From positions 52,444,608 through 52,508,607 of the forward strand of contig NC_057719.1 in assembly GCF_004010195.1 (NCBI RefSeq): a DNA stretch of 64,000 bases, read 5' to 3'. How positions within the stretch are numbered: position 1 is the first letter of the stretch; each line of letters starts with the position of its first letter. Positions 12,620 to 25,444 of the stretch are shown here, piece by piece. The position numbers and the translations under genes are program-made. Source of the DNA: Chiloscyllium plagiosum (Eukaryota). The notes beneath the pieces were generated by a model that saw nothing but the letters and a program-made list of their open reading frames with translations, was not told where the DNA came from and did not search any database.

Positions 12620-13265
12620 CAGTAAAGAAGGCATGGCATACTGCCTTTATTGGTTGGGGAATTGAGTACAAGAGTTGTGTTGCAGTTTTATAAGACTTTG
12701 GTTAGGCCACACACAGAGTATTGTGTTTAGTTCTGGTCACCACATGACAGTAAGGATGTGGAGGCTTTGGAGAGGGTACAGCAGAGGCTTACCAACATGC
12801 TGCCTGTATTAGAGGGTATGAGTTATAAGGAGAGGCGAGAAAAGCTCCAATTGTTTTTTCTGAAATAGTGGAGACTGAGGGGAGACTTGATAGAAATCCA
12901 TAAAATTATGAGATGTGTAGATAGGGTTGACAGTTAGAATTTCTTTCCCAGAGCTGAAATGTGTAATACTAGGGCACATGCATTTAAGGTAAGGGGGGAA
13001 AGTTCAAAGGAGATGTGAGGGAGAAGTTTTTTACACAGAGAGTGGTAGGATTCAGGAATGTGCTGCCAGGAATGGGGATAGAGGAAGATGCGATAGGGGC
13101 GTTTAGATAAGCACATGAATATGCAAGGGATGGAGCAATATGGACTAGGGTTAGGGTCCTAACCCTAACCCTAACCAGGCAGAAAGGATTAGTTTAATTT
13201 TGCATCAGGCTCAGCACAACATTGTGGGCCAAAGGGCCTATTCCCATGCTGTACTCTTCTATGTT
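12620..13265 (+). mobile_element. CR1 3' fragment (RT C-terminus plus 3'UTR)
   Basis: IEYKS..YKTLVRPHTEYCV.FWSP..KDVEALERVQ; ends gggccaaagggcctattcccatgctgtactcttctatgtt. Confidence 0.85.
13146..13176. repeat. Head-to-head telomeric repeat insert
   Basis: tagggttagggt/cctaaccctaaccctaacc within a CR1 3'UTR. Confidence 0.75.
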
Positions 13266-14680
13266 ACCAATTTTTCTTTAAATAAAAAACTTCTCAACTT
13301 GTCTTGACACGCTCAAACATTTACACAAATACATCCCACATTGCGTTATTACTATGTGGTCAAAAAAAATCACCCTTTCAATTCCAATGCCCCTCTAAAT
13401 TCTTGCCTCTGAACATTTCCATGTGTCGCCCTCCATCTGCCATGTGTCTGTCCACTTCACCAGTCTGCCTATATCCTCCTGAAATCTGTTACTACAGGCT
13501 CATTATTTGTTGCATTTCCAGGTTTTAGATCATCGATGAATCCAATGTTCCTTGAACTTGTCAATGATTAAAGAGCTGATGAAAGCAAACTCAAAGCATG
13601 GTTATGCGATTCATGCAAATGTACATTATGAGAGGCAGCTGATTGGTAACATATTTCCCGCAATATATCAGGTCTCCAAAACTGCTTAAAGTGAGTATTT
13701 ACCCCTGTGCTAAGATGACAAGTTGTAGAGATAAGGGGCTATAATGGTCAAGGTTAACATTGTATCTGCATGGTAGATGGAAGTCTTCAGCTGTCAGGAA
13801 TATACAATGAAGAAGGGAAGGGAGGGACAGAAAGATAGGTTTATGGATGTAAGTTGTGTGAGTGAATGATAAAATTCAAATACAGAATTCAGAAGCATAC
13901 AGAAAATACAAAACATATTTCTGAAACTTTTAATTTTTGGTATGAATATTTAAAAAATTTTAAACTATCTTTTCCCAAGCTCCTGGCTAGACCCAAGATT
14001 GAATTTCTATCCTGTACATTTAAGATTTATAAGTTGCTGATTTACTTTGTTCTGAAATTTACATATAAATCTTAAAACATTTAATGGTTCTGCTCCATAT
14101 CAATTAACTAAGGAACCCAGTACAGCCCTAGAGAAATGAAATGATTCCCTCTTGTTTGGAATTAGATATTTTAAATGCAGTGTGTTTAATACACACCTGC
14201 ATTAGCATATTAATGTGTCAATATATTCACAGCATTTGGTGTAACTATCCATCTCAATCAAGTGTTAATTTGCGTAGAGGTATTCAACTGGTAATAACTT
14301 CATGGTCAACATTACATTCTGTTTATTTTCACAGAACTTAGAGGTGTAAGGAATGTATGCAGAGTTTAAGAAAGCATCAGGCTTGCCCAGACTTTTCTCT
14401 ATGAATAATTAGAAGGCTGTCAGCACTCGTCATCATAATTGAATAAAACAGATGTTAACTTTTGGCATCAACACAAGTGAAGTTAAATGTGAAAATCCAG
14501 AAGTTTCTTTGCAGTACAGTCTCCTCCATACGGTGTGTCTGCAGTTCTTCCCAACAAACACAGCACAGAAATCCATGGAATAGGTGAACTTGGAGCATTT
14601 GCCTGTAAGAGTATTTTAAATTCACTCACTTTCCTGTCTTAGCATTCTTTTGTTACTGCCTATGACTGTATCTTTTTTGC

Positions 14681-15262
14681 TCGATGTGGGCTCCTCTACA
14701 TTGGGAGACCAACTTGCGGAACGGTTCAGAGAACATCTCCAGGATTCACGCACCCAACAACCCCACACCCTGTGGCTGACCACTTCAACTCCTCCTCCCA
14801 CTCCACCAAGGACAGGCAAGTCCTGGGCCTCCTCCATTGCCAAATCCAAGCCACCCGACGCCTGGAGGAAGATCGCCTCATCTTCCTCCTTGGGACCCTC
14901 CAACCACATGGCATCAATGTTGATTTCACCACTTTCCTCATTTCCCCTACCCCCACCTTACCCCAGATCCAACCCTCCAACTTGGCACTACCGTCTTGAA
15001 CTGTCCTACCTGTCCATCTTCGTTTCCACCTATCCACTCTAACCTCTGTTTCGACCTATCAACATCAACCCCCACCTTCATCTACCTATCGCCTTCCAAG
15101 CTATCATCCCCACAACCCCACCCCCCTCCTATTTATCTCTCCACCCCCTTGGCTCACAGCCTCATTCCTGATGAAGGGCTTTTGTCTGAAACTTCGATTC
15201 TCCTGCTCCTTGAATGCTACCTGACCTACTGTGCTTTTCCAGCACCACATGTTTTCACTTTA
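14681..15262 (+). mobile_element. 5'-truncated PLE (family A): GIY-YIG C-terminal part plus HHR-bearing 3' end
   Basis: CGLLYIG.T..LAERFREH..ADHFNSSSHS..LEEDRLIFLLGTLQPHGINVDF; HHR-like attcCTGATGAagggcttttgtctGAAActtcgatt at 15164-15199; probable TSD tatcttttttgc (14669-14680/15263-15275, one T indel). Confidence 0.85.
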
Positions 15263-15989
15263 TATCTTTTTTTGCCACTGTCCTGTAATATAGACATTGA
15301 AAAGTAGCCATTTTATAGCAACTTTAACTGACAACTCAATCAGAAATCCAAACAATATTTGTCATCATGTGCATCTACTCCAGTAGTGTGATGTGCCTGG
15401 TGGAAGGTTGATGACTTTCAACAGCAGGAAATATCAGATGGTCTTGCAAGATATCTTGAGAAGCATTCAGGCTTGAGGGCACAGTTTGAGACCGGAGCAG
15501 CCTGGGGTGCTGTTTGAGAGCTAACAGTGGAGTGGTGAATTGACAGTGGTGAGAGCACAAGTCCAGAAAGATTTAAGTGATCCTGCGCATAATGGGGTCA
15601 TTTCCACTGATCCAGGACAGTGCTAAGGTAATCCTCATAATCTGCTAGATATTACGTTGCTAGAGAATATTGACAGCCCGTAAATCACTTTGAGCACAGA
15701 TATCAATGGTTATGCTGGCAGCAAGTTGTGCATACACTGCACTAATCAGGGATTACAATAGTAGCACTCATAGATCTCATGATCTCAGACTGACCTTCTA
15801 TTGCAGCACTGAGATCTTGCATAGTTTATTGTACTGAAATGAAGTCTGAGATATTGACTATCACAGTGATTACACTTCACTGGCCGTAGACAAATAGTGA
15901 CAATCACAGCTGAATATGGACCTGATTTGGATCATGAAGTGAAGGAATGCAAATGAAAGCAAAGAATGCCATGAAGAAATGGAATGCAA

Positions 15990-16550
15990 TTCCAAGGATG
16001 GCCTGTGACTTGGGAGATAGTTGCATGTGGTAATGGTTACCATGCATTTTCTGCCCTTGTCCTCCTAAGTGGTAAAAGTCACAGGTTTGGCAGATGCTGT
16101 CGCAGGAGGTCTGGCAAGTTGCTGCAGTGCATCGTGTATATAATGCACACTCCTGCCACTCTGCATCATTGTGAAGAGATGGATTATTTAAGGCAATGGA
16201 TAGTCTGCCAGTCTAGGAGCTGCTTTGTCCTGGAGTGTTGTTGTAATTGCAGCCATCCAGGTAAGTGGAGATATTCCTGATTTGTGTCTTGTAAATGTTG
16301 GGTAGGCATGGGAACCAGGAAGTGAGGTACTCATTGCAGAAATCTTAGATTTTATAACCATAACATTGTATGATTGGTTAGTCTAGTTCAATATCTGGTC
16401 AACTGTTGATGGTAGTGTATTCATCAATGATGTTGGTTCTACTGGGAAGGGGACATTGTTGGATTCTTTCTTGTTGGTTATGATCATTGGTTTGCACATG
16501 AGTTGCAGGTGTTACTTGCCACTTATCAATCCTAGTCTGAATGTTGTCCA
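15990..16550 (-). mobile_element. Degenerate LINE fragment (second non-LTR family)
   Basis: Minus strand resembles an RT C-terminal/3' region; related sequence at ~23790-23900 (+) and ~43240-43330 (-). Confidence 0.4.
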
Positions 16551-16734
16551 TGAAGTACGTGGGTGGTCATCAGGAAGTGCAGTAAGAGACAGGAAGTACT
16601 GAAATCTTCAGGATGTGCTGTTCTCAAACAGATATTTAGTATTACATGCTGCGGGGACTGACAATACCTTGAAAGAAGTCCAGTCCATGAAAACAACAGC
16701 CAAAGAATTGTCAAGATAGAAACCGAAGAAAGTG

Positions 16735-17125
16735 GAAACATTGGTATTAGAGGAGATTCTATAGTCAAGGGACAGATAGCCAACTCTACCATGAAATTGT
16801 GAATCCTAACTGATGTATTACCTCCCTGGTGCCAGATAAAGGTTATCATGGGGATAGTTCAAAAAATACTGCAACGGAAAGAAAAGAACCATTAATTTTG
16901 GTACACTTTGGCACCAGTAACATAGAGGGAGCTAACAGTGATGTCTTAAATCAGATTATCTGGATTTAGGGAAGAAATTCTAAAAGATGGACTTCAAAGA
17001 GAGTTATTTCCAGATTACGACAAATGTTATATGCTGGTGACTGCAGGAATAGGAAGGTAGTCAATGTGTGGCTTGAAGCATGGCATACAAGTTGTACTTC
17101 AGCTTCTAAGGCATTGGGGCCTGTT
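16735..17125 (+). mobile_element. CR1 ORF1 SGNH esterase-like remnant
   Basis: GDSIVKG (16751), LPGAR (16822), VHFGTSNI (16901) correspond to the GDS, LPGA and VHxGTND blocks. Confidence 0.65.
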
Positions 17126-17664
17126 TATGGAGCTAATGACTCTCTTATACTCCATGCGTTGTAGTGTAACTTCTGACATACCCATGCTTATAGCAGTTAT
17201 TGTACCTTTGTCAGATTGCCTTCTCTCTATAGCTGTAAATTAAGATACTGTAGCCATGATATCTAGACCGATATGGCACCAACAAATGTGCATCAAATTT
17301 AATAATAGAATGATTCCCATTGACATTACAAATTTCCCTATGAATGAATTATTTCTCCTTCCATTTCTTTACAATGTGCTTATTATTTTTATACTGTATA
17401 GTTGTTTTCATGTCTGTAACATGTCAAAGCTTCCCATAATCTGCTGTTCTTTAAGTTTGTGTTCTTGTATTCAGTGCAGTTTAAACTTTCCTTAATGTAA
17501 AGTATGCTAGAAGGCAATGTTGTACTAATTTCTTTGTCTGCCAGTCTTTTTAAAACACTATTATAGTAATACACTATTAAAATTATTTAATAGTGCTTTA
17601 AAATATATGAACCGGTTGTCCTGTGTTATGTTACTGATTTGTGTTTCCTTGCAATATAGAATGT

Positions 17665-17872
17665 AAAGTCACCATTATCTTACCAGACCATAATGGTGTT
17701 GTCTCATTAGAACGAGACGACAGTGGTGATTTAACTTGAGGGTTACCATGCCTCAGGTGAGGTGAAAAGTTGAGAAGGAGAGTCCTTCATGGTAAACTCA
17801 ACCTGGTATGAAAACTGAACCAACGCCATTGGCACCTCTCTGCATTACAACACAACTGGGCTAACTAATTCC
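17665..17872 (-). mobile_element. Degenerate tRNA-derived SINE
   Basis: Minus strand starts with A-box-like ttagcccagttg and B-box-like ggttcagtt; ~200-bp body. Confidence 0.4.
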
Positions 17873-18769
17873 CCTAATTCTTGCAAACTTGTTTCCCTAT
17901 GCAGCTTAATGGTTTTTTCTATCATTTTAAACAAATGAACTGATGGTTTATTAGCAAACTTTTCAGAAGTTTGTCATTTTCTGTGACCAAGATAGAATGT
18001 TTTTGCTTCTTGGTGGGCAAGATGAATGTTTTCCTACCTTTTATAGTGCCAAATTCAATTCACTTCCTTTTGCACATATTTTTACATAAAGGTTTCTGGA
18101 TGAAGACTTTATAAATTGTCCACCAAAATTATGGTTTAATTGTTGAATCCCAGTCCTTTTAAATCCAACCTCTGTTCTTCAGTTGACATATTCCTGAAAT
18201 TTCTCAAAAAATTGTTCTTTTCCATCTTAAACAAATTTTGAATCCTACCCAATACTACATCCCTAGAATAAATTACTCATCTGGCCCTTTCACTTCCAGA
18301 GTTTTTACTTTCCACTCAAGTAAGTTGTACAATATATATTAGACTGCAGATATGTTGTTTAAACGTAATCAAGATTTCTCCCATATTCTGTCTCTTTACT
18401 TTTCTTATATTCTTTTAAACTAATACTCTAAACATCCTAAACACAGCATGGTCCATGGCCATATTATTCGCTTGACTTTTCCCTTCCATCTTATTTTCTA
18501 TCCTGTTTATCATTAATGGAGCTCTGATCTTCTTTGTTCTGTTTTTCCCCTTTATGAGAATATGTCTTGTCTCTATTGTTGCAACATCGTGTTGGCCATC
18601 AATCTTTCATTCTACTCATCTGGTCGAAATTCATTGCTATCTTGATGATGGTGACTTTATCCAATTGATAATTCTTACTTTGATTTGTTCCTTGCCTTTT
18701 TAAAAAAAAATCCTAAACATCACCATGTAATGACCACTAAATGGCCTCCTGCTGACAATTGATCTACTT

Positions 18770-18866
18770 AGAGAAAGTGATGAAGGGCTTCTGCCCAAAA
18801 TGTTGACTCTCCTGCTCCTTGGATGCTGACTGACCTGCTGTGCTTTTCCAGCACCACATATTTTGA
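18770..18866 (+). mobile_element. Family A PLE-derived short element
   Basis: 13-bp TSD aattgatctactt/aattgatctattt (18757-18769/18867-18879); inverted terminus gagaaagtga fused to tgaagggcttctgcccaaaa (decayed HHR). Confidence 0.75.
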
Positions 18867-18934
18867 AATTGATCTATTTGGTCCACCTCATTTACAACAG
18901 ATATGATTATCAGTGCCTCTGTTTTGAACAAGAA

Positions 18935-19350
18935 TGAAGACATTCAGTTGTATAGAAAGATTGGAGAAATTAGGACTATTCTCCCAGCGAAGAGTTTTAG
19001 TGGAGATTTGACAAAATATTCAAAACTCCCCATGAGGCATCTGACAGAGTAGGGTGGGAGAAACTGTTCCCATTGATTGAAAGGTCTAACACTAGAGGGT
19101 ATAGATTTTAAGATACTTGGCAAAAGAGGAAATGGTGATATAAAGAAAAATATTTTTATGAACTGAGTAGCTAGAGTCTGGAATCCACTACACTAGAAAA
19201 TAGTGGAGGTAGGTCAATCGAGGCATTGAATTTTAATCTATAAAAGAAAAATGTGCAAGAAATTAGAGAGTGGCACTATTTTAACAGTGTGGTCAATAGC
19301 CATGATAATCTGAATGGTCTCCTTCTTTGCTGCAACAATTCTGTGGTTCT
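18935..19350 (+). mobile_element. Degenerate CR1 3' fragment
   Basis: RLEKLGLFS..EKLFPL..TRGYRFK and CR1-like 3'UTR. Confidence 0.6.
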
Positions 19351-19496
19351 ATTGATACGATGGTTGCATGTGGACCTGAGGACTCTCAACTGGTAGTGAA
19401 ACTGTAATCGTCATCAAACATCCCCACTTCTGACCATATGATGAGAAAAGGTCACTAATGAAACAAATGCAGATTTTAAGACTGAAGACATTATGT

Positions 19497-19628
19497 GAAA
19501 GTGAGCACTGCAGATGCTGGAGATCAGAGTTGAAGAGTGTGGTGCTAGAAAAGCACAGCAGGTCAGGCAGCATCCGAGGAGCAGGAGAGTCGATGTTTCA
19601 GGTATAAGCTCTTCATCAGGGCTTATGT
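19497..19628 (-). mobile_element. Family A PLE-derived short element with HHR-like motif
   Basis: gaaagtgagcactgcagatgctggagatc..tcttcatcagg; minus strand cCTGATGAagagcttatacctGAAAcatc; 12-bp TSD gacattatgtga/gacactatgtga (19487-19498/19629-19640). Confidence 0.8.
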
Positions 19629-20888
19629 GACACTATGTGAGGATCTCCTGAAAGAAATGTCCTGGTCTCAAGATGATTGGCTGGTAACAACTGTCTTCCT
19701 TTGTATTAAATGTTACTCCAACCAGTGAAGCTTTTCACTGTTATGCAAATTTGTTTTGGCTATCATCCCTTGATATCACACTTATTGAAATATTGCCTTG
19801 ATGTCAATGTAGGTCTCTATCTCTCTTCACCTCTTGGGTGTTCAGCTCCATCTCCATGTTTGGATTATTCCTATAATAAGTCAGGGAGTTGAGTTGCCCT
19901 GGCAGAATCCAAACTGAGTGTCAGTAAGCAAGTTATTGCTGTTTAAGTGTTGCTTGATAACATTGCTAACAACATCTTTCATCATTTTGTTAACAATCAA
20001 GGGTAGACTCAGAGAGTGAATTTTGGCTGAATTGGAATTTTGTCAACATTTAGCATTGGGTTCCACAATAATGGAAATGAGCAGGTAGTGCAAAGTTTTT
20101 ATTTAAATTTTATCTACTTACTGTTTAAATTTGTTACTTGCAGCAATGTCAAGACAATGAAAAGTTCAAAGTGTTTGCAGTGTCAAGGATCAAAGTACTA
20201 ATTAGATTTAGTACAGGTTACATATTCTGTTCCCTGCAGAGCCTGTCCTGGCGTGATGCATTCATGCACTTGCTATAGTACATAACAATCAATGCCCACC
20301 CTTATAATGACCTTGTTTGTTTGATAAGTGAAACAATGCTTCAAATATGGAAAGGATGAGTTAATGGATAATTTCTAACCAAAAACTGTGGCATCCAAAA
20401 TAAGTTACTTTGCTCTTGTTATAGTTCTTTGATTTTGATTGCTGTCACTGGATACCTGTAGTCTTTGTAAAACAAGGATGACTCAGTCTGAAAATGCAGC
20501 ATTTCTCTCCTTGTCAATGTAAGTTAAATTTAGCAATAGTGGTCAGATTTTAGATAATCTAATCGGTTGAATAAATCTACATTTTCTGAAGGAATGTGAA
20601 AGGAATATGAGTCACATTTGCACAATGCTGAGGTTTCCAGAAGTTACTGATTACATTATGCAACAAATAGATTAATACTTTTTTGCATTCAAGGTTGGTT
20701 CTGATGCAGAGAAATTAAGGAAATGTGTTTTACATTAATAGAAATGTTAATGACGGGGGGAAAGTTGCTGAGACAACAGCAATAACAGTTGTTACGAATG
20801 TATATTTGCACTTAAGGATGTTTCCAAAAAAAATGCTGAAGAAAATTAGTCCTGTAGAAATGTGTATTGAGATATAGACATGTATGAG

Positions 20889-21417
20889 GAGAAAGTGAGG
20901 ACTGCAGATGCTGGAGATCAGAGCTGAAAATGTGTTGCTGGAAANNNNNNNNNNNNNNNNNNNNNNNNNNNNNNNNNNNNNNNNNNNNNNNNNNNNNNNN
21001 NNNNNNNNNNNNNNNNNNNNNNNNNNNNNNNNNNNNNNNNNNNNNNNNNNNNNNNNNNNNNNNNNNNNNNNNNNNNNNNNNNNNNNNNNNNNNNNNNNNN
21101 NNNNNNNNNNNNNNNNNNNNNNNNNNNNNNNNNNNNNNNNNNNNNNNNNNNNNNNNNNNNNNNNNNNNNNNNNNNNNNNNNGGTTGGGTTGGTTGGTGCA
21201 GGTGTCCCAGAGGTGTTCTCTGAAACGTTCCGCAAGTAAGCGGCCTGTCTCCCCAATATAGAGGAGGCCACATCGAGTGCAGCGGATGCAAAATGCAAAA
21301 CTTGCGCCCACACCTCCCCCCTCACTTCCCTCCAAGGCCCCAAGGGATCCTTCCATATCCGCCACAAATTCACCTGCACCTCCACACACATCATTTACTG
21401 TATCCGCTGCACCCGAT
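20889..21417 (-). mobile_element. Family A PLE with GIY-YIG fragment and 5' inversion (spans a gap)
   Basis: Minus: CIRCTRCGLLYIGETGRLLAERFREH (21182-21290); plus: CKTCAHTS..FTCTSTHIIYCIRCTR (21294-21417); family A tail at 20889-20944. Confidence 0.8.
20945..21181. other. Assembly gap (N run)
   Basis: Run of N. Confidence 1.
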
Positions 21418-23789
21418 CCTACTTCCATACCCTAACTAGTAGCTGAGTGAAAAAAATATTTTTCTCATATGACTGTTGCCTTTTTGACAAATTAGTCTAA
21501 CTTTATACAATCTCATTTTTGTTCCTTTGCTAACAGGGACAATTCCTCCCTATCTACTCTATCCAGATGGCTCATGATCTTGTCCTTTTTGATCTTTAAT
21601 ACCTGAGCTATCTATGGATTTGTACACTTTAAATACTTGTACAGAACTTTTTGACTTTTGATTGTACACCTCTAAATAACCCAACCCCATTGTACAAGAT
21701 ACAGGTAATGTAATGTAAAAACAGATTCGTCACTGCAGTGGTTCACTTGAAAAGAAAACATATACCATTAACCAAAAAGTCTTTGTTCTTAATGGCAAAA
21801 GGATAGGGTTTGAGATGTTCAGATGTCTGTTGATCTGATGTTGTGGCTCACAAAACAGACTTTGCTGAACACATGCAGTTGTCATTGGGGGACCTTTGCC
21901 ATCATCGTTGTTCAAGAAATATCGACAAACTCTTTCAGAGGCTCCTCATTCTAGAGCAGGTGGATCAGGGATCTGGATATCACAATAGACAAACAATAGG
22001 CATTCTCTTCCAGAAACATGAGATTTGAGCCAGGAAGCTTCATTCTTTCTGCAGACTTCTTACTAAACACTCTAATTGATCACTAAAACAGAAACTGGAA
22101 TTTAACATTCATATATACAGGCAGATGGTCTCCATAAAACAAATAGTTACTATATAACATGTGACTACAAAGAAATGCCATGTTAACAACAGTTCTAATG
22201 TAATTTTCTTGAACTTAAAAACAATCCACCCATCTCTAATCTTTTTGAATTTAGATGCACAAGAATAATTAAATTATTAACAATGAAGTTTTCATAGCAC
22301 TTTGTGACTCCACATTGTTGAATTCTATATTTAAAGTGTAAAAATCCATAGTTACCTCAGGTGTTAAAGAACAAAAAGGGCAGGATCATATGAGCTAGAT
22401 AACTTGCACAGCTCTTTACTTCTATTTCTACTGGAAATGAAAATTGGGAGAGATCAAAAATATCTAACTTCCTATCAACCAGTTTATCTTAAGACTCAAA
22501 GACTGAATAAGTGTGATGTTTTCCCTGTATTCTTGCAGGTTTTGCCTCTATGAAATGTTTTTCTTCATTGCTACATGTTAACTGAAAGAAATAACTGAAC
22601 AAAATAATTTGCATGCAATTAATTATAAAAAAAAGTTCCTTTAATGATGTAATATGCTGCACAACACAAAAAGACTGTAGCAAAGCTGCACGTAATAATG
22701 TCATAGAACTGTTGGCACATCAAACTTTTGCAAGATCTGATATGATATTAGTTTTTCTAGATAATGGTAAAAATATAACTATTATTGAAAGAAAATCAAC
22801 TTTGAAACATTCTTCAGGTTATGTTGTAAATTGTTAAAGTTTAGAAAAAAGTAAACTGTTCTGTTGAGTTTTCACTAACGTTAGATATACTGAAGCATAA
22901 ACATTAGACACTAACAAGAGCGAGGGAGAGTTTTGTGTATTTGCATAAGGTTACATACGCAGGACCCTGCTTTACAGGCCAGAGGAAAAAAAACTGATGC
23001 TGTCAAGCTCCCCATTGTGTGAAAGCATGTATCAGCATTGAAATGAAACTTTAATTGGAAAAGACTCACAATAAGTTCTTCCTGTGAATTATCAGAGATC
23101 AATTCTGATCTGTTTGTTTCCAGTTAGAGCATTGTCATGTAACAGAGAAGCTGATATTTAGTTCAATAATATAGTGTAAACCGGCTAGGATATGATAACA
23201 TCATGGTTTAGAGGAATGTGTAATTTCCTACTTGCCCCTTTATTTCATAAACGGAATGATTGAAAATAAGCAATATTAAGAAAAGTTATATTGTTTTAAT
23301 TGTAATTTAACTAATTTTAAATGATGCCATGAAGGAACGATGTCATGAACAATTAACAACCTGCTATTCCCTAGACATTTTTCCATATTTATTATGCACA
23401 ACTCTAACACTGTCAATTGTTACACTGTCTCTGGAGCTGAATTTATGCTTAGCTCAAAGCCTTTAATGAAGAACCACAGGATTGCCTGCCAGTCAAATGC
23501 CATTTCTTCAGATGGGTAGTTTTATCATTTCATGGTTGGACAATGAGATAGCATGTGTTGGAGCAAGATATTGCCTGAATGAGGAAAAAAATTAACCATC
23601 TTATTGTTAAGCCCACAGGTGTAAGAAGTCATACAGGAGCTATGAGAAAACCAGTGCTTACAGCAACCCAGTCTTCCAAGCAAATGAAAATATGCAGTGC
23701 TGAATGCCTTGAAAACAGAAGGAAATACAAAATCTGCAGTAGTTTTAAATTACATGCTTGGATATACTGCCTGAACAAAAACCAAACTG

Positions 23790-24190
23790 CAGAAATTCAC
23801 CAAAACTCCTTCAACACCTCCATCCAAACCCATAATCTCTCTCATATCGAGAAATGAGAGCAGCTGGTGTGTGCAAATACTGTCACTTGCAAATTCCCCT
23901 ACAAGTCACACATTATGCTAACTTGGAAATGTACCATCATTTCTTCACTGTTGCAGAGTCAGAATCCTTGAACTCCCTACCTTGCAGCACTGGGGATATA
24001 CCTACACTAGATTATGTTGTGCAGGATGGCCGCTTACCACCATCTTTACATGTTCAAGGCACTAATGGGTATGGAAAGAAAGTATAAATATGGTGTGAAA
24101 ATGGAGGATCAGCTGTAATCATATGCAATAGAACAACAAGCTCAAAAGGCCAAATGGCCTATTCCTGCTACTTGTTTCTATATTTCTATA
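23790..24190 (+). mobile_element. LINE 3' fragments (second family 23790-24065, then CR1 3'UTR ~24090-24190)
   Basis: Similar to 5270-5457; the second piece ends ggccaaatggcctattcctgctacttgtttctatatttctat. Confidence 0.5.
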
Positions 24191-24769
24191 GTTAATTTTC
24201 ATAGTTACAATCCAGGAGTAATCTACCAGGCATATGGCAGTTCACAGGGTTTCTGAAGGGAAGGCTATTGTGTCACTAGACAGTTTAAAAAAAACTGAAC
24301 TTGAAGAAAGCCAGTTATTTTCTCCTATTAGTTGTCTTTAACCAATAACTAAAATACATTACAGTTAGTGTACCAATCACCCTGTTCTTTTTGTGATGAA
24401 GTGAAAAGACATTGAAGAACAGAGAATTCTAGCAAACAAAAGGATCATCACATTGAACCCTGTGGACGAGTGCTATTGAATTGTGGTCCCAAGTTTCACT
24501 CTTCCCTCCATTTTAGAGCCAATATATTTTTGTTGGTCAGTACATGTCTGTAGTGTGTATAGGATTTTAAAACAGGGTTAGAATTTTAACCAGTAGATCC
24601 ATATTTTGATAGATCATAGCTATTTACTTGTTTTAGAATTTACTTATTTAATAAGTAGTAATTCTTCTTAAATATAGTCATTTGGTCAATGCCTTCTGTT
24701 AACCTGACTACTAACAAACAGATATGTCGGTGACTTTTCAAAATTTGATTAAATTGTTAACATTTGATG

Positions 24770-25373
24770 TGTTATGGACTAAGCAGACAACTCAAAACAT
24801 TCTTAAGCAGGCAGCCCAGACCATAACTTTGCTATTTGTTTTGGTAAGTGTACAGTGAAAATTACCCGGAATAAGTTAGGTAGATTGACTAATGGGTTTT
24901 AAAACAGACAAAAATTTATTCACAAAATTACGGAAGGAAACACAAAGAACAGAATATAGAATACCCACAGAACTTAGTCTATCCAAACTGGATTTAATTA
25001 TGCTGTTCCGAAAAATACGTGCAACAGTTCCAAGAAATAAACACCTTACACACAGCAAAACTGAAACAAAGGCTACAGGTCGAAGTTAGACGGGCAGAAG
25101 GAGAGAGAGTCTTAGCAGCCAGTTTCCACACAGCCCACTGCTGAACTGACTCAAACAAGACTTCAGCTTTCAGGACTGAGCACTCCCCTTTCATTATACA
25201 GGTTACTTCTAAAACATGAAAGCAATGGCCTAAAGTCTCATCTGTTTACGTATAAACAAAAAGGCCTCCCAAAACCCTTTTCATCTTTGTACCAACCCAG
25301 GCGATTTGGTGTTCGGACTGTTTTATGACCCCTCTGGGGAACAGCTTTTAGAAAAAGGTTCAGCTTTGTGACA
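24770..25373. mobile_element. Solo-LTR-like repeat, copy 1
   Basis: TGTTATGGAC..TTTGTGACA termini; collinear with 54638-55272; no TSD match (gatg/gtag). Confidence 0.65.
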
Positions 25374-25444
25374 GTAGTGACACCGAGGTAGTGGTGCTTA
25401 ACAGTCAGCAACATTTCCAAATGGGTCATGACCTTGTTTCATAT

